Positions 38,861 through 49,680 of a stretch of 64,000 nucleotides of DNA are shown here, one piece after another; the stretch's first letter is position 1; each line of letters opens with the position of its first letter. This DNA comes from Lama glama (lineage: Eukaryota). The notes beneath the pieces were generated by a model, which did no database searches, was not told where the DNA came from, and saw only the letters and a program-made list of their open reading frames with translations. The stretch lies in the NCBI GenBank assembly GCA_028534125.1, contig CM052817.1, positions 61,320,001 to 61,384,000 on the forward strand, written 5' to 3'. Position numbers and translations under genes: made by a program.

Positions 38861-41800
38861 ATCCTAATTTTTCCCAAAGATATTTGTTATGTGTATATGC
38901 CACTGTATAGAACAATATATGCGAAATAATGTTATGTTAATATATATAAAAATGCTACTCTTAATTTTTCATCTATAATAAAAGTAAAATGTTTTCAGAG
39001 AAAATTTGAGAAGTACAAAAAACAAATAGAAGTAAAATAAAATTATTTCACTACCCAGAGGCAACCATTGATAGTATTTCTATATAGACTTTTCAAAATT
39101 CTGAAATGTTAAGATTCAATGCCTAAAGTAATAATATTTAAGTAAAAATGAATTAATTTTATTATTTGTCTATAGCAAAACTGCAGTTATTTTGTTAAAA
39201 CTTTTAAATCTTGAGAAGAAGCAGGCATCAAATTTGGCTAAAGAATAGTTTAAAAATATGTTGTCATATGAAAGAATCAGATTATGAAAATATTTAAAGA
39301 TTGTAGTTTCACATCTCATAGATTTTTTTTTTTTGCAATGTCCTGTTTACTTTCTTCATCAGTTAACCACATAGCTTGCAGAAAATGGCTTTGAGGAATT
39401 TTCTAGAATTAGTTTTATGAAGTTAAATGCCAGTAGATATGGAAATATTACATACTGGGAGAATTTGATGTGTAAACTGGATATTTTCAGTGGAATTAAG
39501 AATAGTTTTGGTTTTTGTTATTGATCCATATCCATTCCTTCATATTATTCTTTATCTTAAAAATAATTCTATGCTTTAATCAGATTTTTGATGAATTGAT
39601 TCATCATTCTTAGCACAGCATCCCTTACATTTTGGCTAGGAGTGACATGTGTTAATGCATTCCACTATGACTAAACATGTGGATACCTTCCAATGAAAAT
39701 ATTAGTTTCTTTGCTTTTCCCAGAGTATGTAAACGGATTTTAAAAATACTTAGCAGAGGTACTGTCTTTGGGTAGACAGATTTTACTGTAAATAAAGTTT
39801 ATTATGATTAGATTTCCCCAAGGATCTTGCCAATCCAAAATACCACTTGCTTAAATGACCTTATTTGCACGCTAGTCTTATTAATAATTATGTCCTCATA
39901 GCTCCACCACTGATGGAGAGATACATGGAAAAGCATGAGAAATTCTAAACCCAGACAATGTGGAAAAACTACTTAATGAATCAGTAGAAATTACATCAGT
40001 GGTTTGGGACAAAACATACTTAAAGAAATTCAGATTTAAAAACCAATTAAATTAAAATCAAGTTTGGGTTAATGTCAGTTTATAGTATTATGATAATTTA
40101 GTTAATTCATGTAGTTTTTAAAAAACAAATATGTGTTGCTTTATTCTCATGATAGATATTAAATATTCTCTAAAAATCTGAAATTTAGAAAATTATTAAG
40201 GAAAAAAATTAACAGCCTCATAATCCTGTCTCCCAAAGATAACCACAGTATATACTTTCCTATATATATATATACACAGGCAAGGTTTTGATTTAAGAAG
40301 TATTTTATCGATTTGTGACTCAGAATAATTGCAACTGTTACTAACTCTCTTACTGGTTAAACAGTGGACAATATAGAAAGAAAATATTTATTTCCAGATT
40401 CTAAGTGACAGTGGGTTATAATACAACACTTTAATGGGAATACTTCTAAAAAACTGAAAATGCCTAATTAAAAAATTTATCAATTTAAAAATCCAAAGAG
40501 CAAAATCTAATATTTTCCACTAAATAAATTTGCTTTTAAAATCACTTATATCAACAGAATATGGGGCACGGTAAGTGCTCATTAAATAAGCATGTACAGC
40601 ATTTTAATGATTAATCCAAGGTGGTGAGGATAAAAAGAACCCAATAACGTATCGGTCAGGGTCCTAAGAAGAAACAGATGGTACCTTCAAAGGTATCTAA
40701 TTGAAAATAATTTAATAAAGGGACTCTGTATAAAGATGTAGGCACAGCATATTCTCTCAGAATGACCCAATATCTTTTATAAATAAGATCTTTCTAAGTG
40801 AGCAATCTCACAGTGAGCATTCTAAATCTTTTTTCTTCACATTCTCTTAAACTCATTAGGTACAAAAATGCAAGACATTAAAATAAGTACACGGAAAGCT
40901 GACAATTTTTAAATTTATCTCTTTTTGGTTTTGGCTTCTTAACTTTTTTTACATGAAGGCAAACTTGGAAACTAAGGAAAATGGATAAGACTTCTTCCCA
41001 GCCTGCCCTGCCTCCCAGGCTGGGGAGATTAATTTCTTGGCACCACCACAATTGGGAAGTTGTGCCCCAGGCCTACTTCTTACTTTCTTGACTTTCTTGA
41101 AGTAACATTTTTCTTCTTACACCAAACTTTTTCAGTGATTGACCTACATGTTTTGTTTCCATCTCATCTCTAAAAATCACATATTCTCTATCCTTTCAAC
41201 CACCCACCAGACTCCTCAAAGAAACGACTTTATTTGAGCAAAACATCAGACTGGCTAAAGCTGGCTCTCATCGAAAGGAATATTCTCTTCTGAGTTCTCA
41301 AACTTGGAGCTCCCGAGTACTTTTTCAGTGACCAGACTATCTACCCTTCTTATTGATACCCCTCACTTACCAACTGGCTTTTTTGCTTACCGGACATTGC
41401 CAGGGAAATGCATAGTCCCTTCAAAATTTGCCACTCTTCCTTCAGTATCAGTCGGTTATCAATACTACCCCCCAAACCCAGACTTGAAACTTTGAAACTA
41501 GTTTTTAAAAGTTTAAACTTCTTTTTAACTTCTTCCTCAATCATGTACTTATTCAGTTACCTAAGCTTCATGCACCTGTTCTTAAGAGTCTTTCTCATCC
41601 TTTAATTCCTTTCCGCTCTGTACCTGGTTTAGCTCCGGCCCCTCTCTCAGGGTTCCCTAGTAAGCTTTAGAATGACAGTATGCCTTTCTCCTTAGGTTAC
41701 TAAATGTTTCTTTAGGTGTTAGAATAGTTAATCTTCCTCTCCATTCCAGATTTTAAAAATTAAATACTCATACTTATGAGTGGTTTATTTGTCTTTCAGG

Positions 41801-42851
41801 ATTAGGACTTAAAAGGTAAATTGACTTAGAGCAATATAGAAACTTTTAAAAGACTGGCACTTTATAGTTTATTGGGTGCAACTGTAAAAACTCATCATAG
41901 CCATGCCATCTTGTAATTTAAAGTTTCTGTTATTTTTGAAGTACTGCAACAGGATTCTGAGTCATCCATCGGATAATAAAATGTTAGAACAAACATTTAT
42001 ACATATAGGTAAATACTCTGTTTAGAGGGAATATTCCTAAAAACTCTTCCTGCTAAATCAGTTAATCTTTTGATCTACTTTTTTTTTCTACTTCAGCTTT
42101 TTGTGCATTTTTTGATAAAGTGATGAGGTTTTCTTTGTGGCTAGTGCCTCATTGCTTAGCTCATAGAGTTAATGAGGTTAAGGACATTGGTCTGATTTCC
42201 CAATGGTTCAGTTATCTTCTGCTTAGTCTGTAGTCACAGACTGTCCTTTAAACCATGGCCAACCATTTCATAAATGTTAGTCATGAGGGAGACGGAGAAG
42301 GGGAGTCAGAATGGCTCAGTGTCAATTCATTCTAAAACAAGTTAAGGCACATACCCACCAGAAGTTGTTCAAGAGTTTCATCTTCTCTTATATGGAAGTA
42401 ACTCAGCTTTTATTTAATTTCCATAATTTGGTGCAGATTGCACCTCTGTGGTCCTCAATAGTGTTAATTGCTAGAGATTTCTATTTCCTTTCTCTGGTCT
42501 TTAAGCTGGATGGCTTATTGAATTTACTGAGACAGTGTGTTGAGATGAAAAGGACAGAGTTTTTGGAGTCAGATCGTCTGCTCTACTTCTATTATTAATT
42601 AGTTGTGTGCCTTTAGTTAAGTGTCTTACTCTCCAAGTTTGTTTTGTCCTTTGAAAGAATACCTACTTTATATGGTTGTAAGAATTAAATAACATACCTA
42701 AGTCAAGAACTTAGTACATGTATAATGAATGTTAATGTTCCCTATTTGTCTTGTGTGATACATAAATAAAGCTAATCAATTGGTTAGGAAAGTTTCATAT
42801 GGCTACCATGTATTTAACATTTTCTTGATGCCAAACATGCTACACAGTGCT

Positions 42852-42900
42852 TTATATATACATATATATATGTGTGTGTGTGTGTGTATGTGTGTGTGTA
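42852..42900. repeat. Compound (TA)n(TG)n microsatellite within a MIR remnant
   Basis: tatatatacatatatatatgtgtgtgtgtgtgtgtatgtgtgtgtgta. Confidence 0.9.
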
Positions 42901-43056
42901 CATGAAATTTCTACTTCTTATGATAACCTCAAAAATTATTTATCATTATCATTTCCTTTAAGATGAGGAAACTGAGATAAATTGCTGCTGTCTGGGATGC
43001 ACGCTTCTCATCCAAGCATAGTACACAGTAAACTGAGGATTTTGGAATACTTCTAG

Positions 43057-43243
43057 GAAAGTGGTTTTTAAGTATTGCAGTTGAATGATTCTCTGGAGGG
43101 GGATATTTATTAAAAGGGTGGGATCCTGGGCCCACCTGCAAGGATCCTGGGTCTGGGTGGTGACCAGGAAACTGCAGTTTTAACAAGCTGTCTGTGCCAT
43201 TTTGACGCAGTTAGTTCTTTGGAGGACACTTGGATAAACATTA
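43057..43243. mobile_element. hAT-Charlie MITE (MER5-like)
   Basis: agtggtttttaa...gatcctgggcccacc...ggtctgggtggtgaccaggaaactgcagttttaacaagc...cacttggataaacatt. Confidence 0.65.
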
Positions 43244-43784
43244 ACCTATGCATCATACTTTAATTTGGTTCACTTCCCCTATACCCCAGGCTTTAAACTG
43301 TGGTAGGAGGAAGAGGATTCTGAGGCAGGCTAGCACCTGCAGGCGAACATTGAATTTGCATAGGTAAGCAACACTCCCCTCACTCTCAACTCTTCTTCAT
43401 CATCTCAAGATGTTTACCCTCCAGTGATACCTTCATACACTGCCTGCAGTTCTTGATGTCATTAGTTCATTCAGGCTCAGTATCAGTAGCAAACTGGAGG
43501 AAGAGCAGAAATGAGACCCTTACAAGGTAATTCTAGCCATCGCCTGGGGGAATTGTCACAAGCTGTAATCTCTTGTAAACTCAATTTCCTTGATGGGATG
43601 ACATTTGTCTTATAAAGTTATTGTAAGGATTACTAAACTATCTAGCCCGTAGTAGGTATTTGTAAATGGTAGCTATTATTATTATTTATTGTAATATATA
43701 TTGAAGCACTCTCCAAATCAGCTCACACTAGCAAACCCTTTCCTCCAACATAATCTTTTGGAGAATGTGATGAAAACTATGGAC

Positions 43785-44223
43785 TAGCACTATCCAATGA
43801 AAATATAATGCCAGTCAACATAGGTAACTTAAAACGTCTTAGTATCCACATAAAAAAAGCTGAATTAATTTTAATTATATGTTTAACCAAATATTAAAAA
43901 ATCTCATTTCATTATGTAATCAATAGAAAATTATTAATGACATATTTTGCTTTATGTTTTTCATACTTAGTCTGCAAAATCCAGTGTGCATCTTCACATT
44001 TCCATCATAGCTCCGTTTGGGCACTAAATTCAGAGGTAAAGTGAAATGTAGTTCAACCCAAACAAGAAAGTTGTGTTTAACAGAAGCATGTTTACCTGCT
44101 TCAGTTTTTAAATTTAAATTAAACTTATATAAAACAAAAAATTCAGGGCTACAGTCACAGTAGCCACATTTCAGACGTTCAATAGCAACATGTGACTAGA
44201 GGCTACTGTTTTGGGCACAGCAA
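43785..44223. mobile_element. hAT-Charlie non-autonomous DNA transposon (MER33/MER3/Charlie5-like)
   Basis: Termini tagcactatccaatgaaaatataatg ... tagccacatttcagacgttcaatagcaacatgtgactagaggctactgttttgggcacagca. 8-bp TSD-like ctatggac/ttttggac. Confidence 0.8.
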
Positions 44224-44714
44224 TTTTGGACATTCTCTAGAATTTTGTTTGCACTTCTAGGGGATTCAGGGACCTCCATTAAGTTGATCCTTGCTTTACA
44301 CGTGCCTTGGTTAGAAATGGTCCTTTTTACCTTTTAGAAGCCAATTCACAGTTTAAAAGAAGCCAACAAGTTACTTTCTGTATATTGACCGAACATTATT
44401 CAAATTTGCTTCTGAATAAATTGCTTGGGCTAAATGAAGCAACTTCACAGAAATGGGAAAGTGGACTATTGATCTGGACTTAGAAAAAATAAGCTGAGAT
44501 TATAGTGGTTGAACCACTTTCGGCCGCTGCTCTTTATCACAGTCTTCTGGATTGATCGGAGGATTTAACTTCTACATATTAAAGTTACGGATTTTCATTT
44601 TTCCTGAGAAGTAAACTTCAGGGTCTTCACTTCCCAGGGCACATAAAGCTCTCTCAAAAAACCAGGCAGTAGCCGCTGAACTTGCATAGATAGAGTTTTA
44701 CCCAAAGCCCTCTT

Positions 44715-44724
44715 CTATTTTTAG
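44715..44724. promoter_or_regulatory. MEF2 consensus site
   Basis: CTATTTTTAG; with flanks the reverse complement reads GCTAAAAATAGA. About 350 bp upstream of exon 1. Motif match only. Confidence 0.55.
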
Positions 44725-44779
44725 CCAAAGCAACTGCTTGCCAGTTCAAAGTTTCTGGAGAGAGAAATGCGTCCACTAC

Positions 44780-45580
44780 AAAACATACAGGCGGAGCGGA
44801 CCTTTGGCAGGTACTGCTCAAAATCCCCTAAGACTACTACCCCCGAACTCAGTAGTGCAATAGCTTTTCCGCGGCGGCATCAGCTCTCCCCAGCAACCCA
44901 GCGCCCTATGCTCAGCCGCAGCCTTCTCCCAGCGCGGAGCTGCCCTGCCCGGCCCGGCCCGAGGGCGTGGCCGCGAGCGGAGGGGGCGTCCCTGTCCTGG
45001 GGGCGGGGCCGGTGGGGGAGCCGGGAGGCGGAAGTTCCCGCGGGCCGTGGGGACGGCGCACGCACCGCGAGTCACTTGTCAGCGCTCGTCTGAGGCGGAG
45101 GCATCGCCGCACCGGACCTGAGGTGAGCGGCCGCCCGCCGGGGATGCGCGTCTCCGTCCCCGGTAGGGAGGAGGGAAAGAAGGGGAAGCGCGGTGCGCGG
45201 AGCGCTCGGAGGGAAGCCCCGCTAGGGGAAAGGAGGGGGGCGCGCCCAGCGCCGGGAGGCTTCTCAGGTGTTTGCTGGACGCGAACCGGCGGAGGTGGGA
45301 GAGCTGCGTGGGAAGAGGAGCGCTCGGGAAAGGGCGGCGTGGGCGTGGGAGTGGGCGCCGGGCCAGAGCGGGCCCTGGAAGTCTCCGGAGCCCGGGCCGC
45401 CCGGGACGAGCAGGCACTTGGAGCTGGGCGCCCGGCGTGGCGAGCGCGGCGCGGAGGGGCCCTCGCACCCCCGCACCGACCTGCGATGCGGCTGCGGGGC
45501 GTCGCCGGGCACCCACCTAGGCGTCCGGTCCTCCCACGTCGTGCGCCAGTCCCCGCGGGTGTAGGGAGGAGCGGGGCTTA
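44780..45580. promoter_or_regulatory. PDLIM5: CpG island / TATA-less promoter of PDLIM5 (shore to ~46020)
   Basis: Abrupt GC- and CpG-rich block in AT-rich DNA. KLF/SP site GGGCGTGG 44963-44970, GC box GGGGCGGGGC 45000-45009 and ETS site CGGAAGT 45029-45035 lie just upstream of exon 1. Confidence 0.93.
45069..45122 (+). other. PDLIM5: PDLIM5 non-coding exon 1 (TSS approximate)
   Basis: gagtcacttgtcagcgctcgtctgaggcggaggc...ggacctgag resembles the recalled human PDLIM5 5' end. Strong donor GAG|GTGAGC at 45122/45123. Inr-like tcactt at 45072-45077. No ATG in the exon. Confidence 0.82.
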
Positions 45581-48421
45581 ACAGGAGTGGCGTGTTGATT
45601 TTTTATTTGCTCTCACGCTACTGAGAAGCATGTTATTTCCCTGCGAATATTTAGGATTGTGTAACTTGTTAGGGGAAAACTTAACGTGCGTCCAGAAATA
45701 AAGCTTGTTTAAAAAAAACCTGTCGTGAACGCCAGGTTTATTAATACTTGCGTACTTGTTGGGGTTTTTGTAAGACTGTGCCTCCAGTTCGTTTGACAAT
45801 AAGTGGAAAAAGGAAGGGCGTATGGACAGGGAAGGGCGTATGGACAGGGCAGGGCTTGGAAAGAAAATTCGTGGCTGCTCTGGGCAAGGCAGGTCTAGGG
45901 TGTGATCGCCAGATCCTATCCCAAGTCCGCCTTCTTGACCACGAGGACGTTGGGACCCGCCTGCCTCGGAAACAGCCGGCTCTGGAACCTTATTTGGCAA
46001 ACAGGGCTAGGCGTGAACCTCTGCTGGAAAGCTGTCTGCTCGGCTGCTTTCATCCTGTGCCTGTGGCCTTAGTTCTTCCACTCTACCTCCACAGTCTCTC
46101 AGTCTGGGGAAAAAGCAGTATCTCAAGATACTGCTTGCCTTTCAGACCCTTCTTGTTACTCTGAGCAGTTCATCACGAGTTCTCCTTTTCCTCATCCTAC
46201 CCACCGGACAAGCTAGGATAGAAGTGTGGGAAATACCCACCTTCCTTACCGAGTCCTAGAGCGAAGACATGGTTTGGACTTTCCCTAAAAGAAAATCCAG
46301 TACTCTACAGAAGTTCCAACTTTTTCTACGTGTTGGAAAGCAGAAAAGCTGCTCACTATTTCCTGCCTGACTGGTATTTTAGGAATAGTTTGGCACTAAT
46401 AACCAGATGGAGGAGACCTGGAAAAAGCCAATAATATTACCATTGCTTAGGGATCAGAATATTTTAAGTCACATAAAGCTAGCAAAGAGAGAATACAGAA
46501 AGGGAAACGACAGAGACTAGAAATGAACTGACACTGGTTCTGTGGTGTAGCTGTGACCTTGCCAGTGCTAGAACTTTAAGTAACAAATGGAAGAAGTCAG
46601 GAAGGGAACCCCCAAGTAAAGGGAAGTTGCAGGTACGTGGGTTGATATAGGAATTAAATACATTTTCTTGTAGGGAACAATGGGGTTAGAGGAAGTTGAG
46701 CCTAACATTCACATTCTTCTCTTAACAAGTTAAAGATTAAAAAAGGAGGGGCAGGCTGCCTGTGAAATATCTACTGACTTTACACACTTTCTGATTTGTG
46801 TTGTGTGCCATTATCGAAACAGTCTTTCTCTACAAGTCCTCTGAAAGTCTTTTATTATAGGGAGAAAGTTAAATCATGTGTGGCTCCTTATTACCTCCTT
46901 ACTGTTTGTTTTTCACATCTAAAAGTTTGACCTCTGATTTCGCCTTTTTGTCTTTTTAGTGCCTGTTACATCAGTGCTAAAGTCACGTATTATTGCCTGG
47001 TAGTTTAGTGTGCTACTGTGCCAGTGGAGAAGCCCATTTTGTTTCTTGGTAGATGCAGTGCAGATTTTCAGTGATTTAATTTTCTTTAAGAACTAGACTA
47101 ATTTGAAAGTTTTGCCTCATTTTCCCTATGTGAGAAGATGGAATCTGTTTGCTTTTAATATACCTAGTGGTTCAGATATCTACATCTGCCACTGTTAATA
47201 TGACATGATGGAGTTGAAATTTTGAATGTGTTGAAAAAATGGAGTAATATTTTAAGATAGGTAATAGAAGGTGACAATTTGGTTGAACAGCACAGATTTC
47301 CAAGAAAGTGTGTCTTAAACAGCTTTTTTTTTAATGTGGCTTTAAAATTATTAAATTATACATCTGTTATATTATTAATATTCTTAAAGAGGGAAATACT
47401 AGGTTTCTTAGTATTACATTTTAGAAAATCTCTATTCCTCCCAATTTCTCCCATTCACACATAACCACCATAACAACCAATACCAAACTCTGAGTCATGC
47501 TTTTTTTCTTTAGTTTTTTATTATGTAAAAGTACTATCATGAGAGTCATTATGAGCATGCTTCCAGCAAAACAGAAAAAAGAAAGCACTGAAGCTTCTTC
47601 TAAAGCTCTAATTCTCTTTCATGCTTTGAGTTTAACCGTATATTTCTACCACATTTAGTCAGTCTTTTTCTCTGCGATAAATGCTCACTCTGCTTTGCCT
47701 GATGGGGTGTGTATGTTAAACAGAAAGCAGATTCTGACTAAAACATCACTGCTAGAGTATTGTCCATCATACTCTGTCTGAAGAAAAAGTAATTAATTTT
47801 AAGTGTGGCAAATACCATATCTCTGTAAGAGGAAATACAAGTTGTAGTTTATAATTGGAGAGAATACTTTTGTACATTAAAAAGCAACTTCTCATTTTAA
47901 AGAGTTTAGTGTTTGCAAAGCATGAATGAGAGTCTACAGATTTGCAGTTCTTTTCATATGTTAGAATAACTTAGAATTTAAGTGAGTGAAATTGAAGGAC
48001 TCTTGCCAACTGTAGGCAAAAAAGGATGGGAAAATCATTTTGAATTACACCTGAAATAAAATTTTGGGTTTTTAAAATATAATACGATGTGTTGTAAAGC
48101 ACTTTGGATTAAAGTTTGTATGCGAAAAGCCACAAATTTATTATAGCAAGTTGTAAAGCTGATTGAGTGTCTAGAAATGTACTCTGATATGGAATTTTTA
48201 GGCTATGGAAATTGGCTTGAGTTTAGAAATTGTATAGTAGCTCATGGATTCCATTTCTTAGACTGAAATGAAAACTTAATTATAGACTTATTCTGCATTT
48301 CTCCTCTGCCTCCCAAAACAAAATACTGAACTAATTTAGTTAGGTTTATAGTAAATCCATTTAAATATGTAATATGTCTTCAAATAAACATTTTTGTTAA
48401 CCATCTAATTTTCTTTCACAG
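45123..48421 (+). other. PDLIM5: PDLIM5 intron 1 (3299 bp, GT-AG)
   Basis: Starts GTGAGC and ends with a polypyrimidine tract plus CAG. Confidence 0.82.
45988..45997. promoter_or_regulatory. CArG box (SRF site) in intron 1
   Basis: CCTTATTTGG is a perfect CC(A/T)6GG at the CpG-island shore. Motif match only. Confidence 0.55.
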
Positions 48422-48559
48422 TTTCTTTCATTTTTGGGGATTGGACTTGGAGCCACTAGAACTATGAGCAACTACAGTGTGTCCTTGGTTGGCCCAGCTC
48501 CTTGGGGTTTCCGGCTGCAAGGGGGCAAGGATTTCAACATGCCTCTGACAATCTCCAGT
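48422..48559 (+). other. PDLIM5: PDLIM5 exon 2 (42 nt of 5'UTR plus 96 nt of CDS)
   Basis: Acceptor ttttctttcacAG ends at 48421, with a candidate branch point ttaac at 48397-48401. The UTR segment ...ttggacttggagccactagaactATG resembles the human PDLIM5 mRNA as I recall it. Donor gtaagc at 48560. Confidence 0.92.
48464..48559 (+). CDS. PDLIM5: PDZ and LIM domain protein 5 (ENH), first coding segment (exon 2), aa 1-32, N-terminal part of the PDZ domain; CDS continues beyond the window
   Basis: Translates [32 protein letters not shown], the PDLIM5 N-terminus with the PWGFRL PDZ signature. ATG at 48464 has A at -3. Ends at a phase-0 donor AGT|GTAAGC (intron starts 48560). Confidence 0.97.
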
Positions 48560-49279
48560 GTAAGCAAACTACTGATTTTATTACAGATGTTCATTCAGTG
48601 CATAGTCCTGGAAAATTCAGGACTGAGTTGTTGAATTCTCTGGATGACCCATGCTCTGCTTAATAGAATTGCTCATGGAATTTGATCTCAGCAAACTTAG
48701 TTATCTAAAATAAAGAAGGGGCTAGGGAGGGAATTTAGCAAGGATAGTTGATTTCGATTAAGCTTGTTTTCTCCTTTCTTAATAATGAAATGGAAAGCTT
48801 TTAACTAGGGACAGAATCCAAATTTTTGAACTGTCACTAACACTGGGAATTCTCCAGACCTTAGTTTCTTCATATGTAATTGAAGTTTGCACTATGGGAT
48901 TTTTACTGTCCCTTTCAGCTCCTAAAAGCTGTTGATTAGAAAGTATTGATCAATATTGAATAAAATGGCTGTTTTCGGTGTTATTTCCTTATCTCACTCT
49001 CTGGTGAAGGTGAGAGCCTAAAGTAAAATGGCCAAAGACTACTTACCTTTGAAGAGGAAATGAAGGGCTTGGATGCCAACTAGATAGCCTTGGAATAATT
49101 GAGATTGTTTACCTCATTATGGATTTAGTTCGAATGTATTCTACATGTGTATTTTAAGGATATGTTTTCTTGATGATACTGATGAGGGGAGTAATTACAG
49201 CTTTCATTTATTGAGGCTTGACTGTGTATCAGGTGCTTTTTCACTTTCATGTCTAGTAGGTAATTATTGCTGTTAATTA

Positions 49280-49680
49280 CTTGTATAACATTCCAGATGG
49301 GTTTTTTTGTATATTCAGATAAATATGATTATCTATTCCCCTTTTACTTACATGGTAGCATATTATACACAAGTTCTACACAGTGCTTTTTTCTCAACAA
49401 TTTACCATGGAGAACTTTACCTGTTAATATATGTTTTATTTTTAGCAGCTGTATAGCGTTCTTTTGTAGGGAAGTAACCTTTCTTTAAGCAATCCCCTAT
49501 TGAAGGGCATATATATTCTTTCTAGTATTGCTATTATAAGTAATGCTGCAGTGGATATAATATACATAATTACATATATAATTTTTGATAGGTTGTGCCA
49601 AGTTACACTTTTGTACAGTACATGAAAATCCCTATTCCCCCTACTAGCAAACTTCTGGATTTTTGCCAGGTTCTTTACCT
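49280..49680 (-). mobile_element. Old LINE-1 (L1ME-like) fragment
   Basis: aatcccctattgaagggcat...ttgctattataagtaatgctgcagtggatat. Confidence 0.5.

Noticed and set aside
1..44700. Exons of the syntenic upstream gene HPGDS or of a lncRNA
   Set aside because: No HPGDS-like translation was seen. Isolated minus-strand donor-like motifs (e.g. ~19197 and ~23133) lack supporting exon structure.
44767..46164. Overlapping ORFs of 61-204 aa on both strands across the CpG island
   Set aside because: Low-complexity R/G/P/A translations typical of stop-poor GC-rich DNA. Several rely on non-ATG starts or cross the exon 1 donor, and none has a recognisable domain.
48434..48634. 66-aa ORF as given (TTG start, read-through to VSKLLILL...)
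   Set aside because: Only 48464-48559 is real CDS. The upstream part is 5'UTR and the downstream part is intron after the GTAAGC donor.
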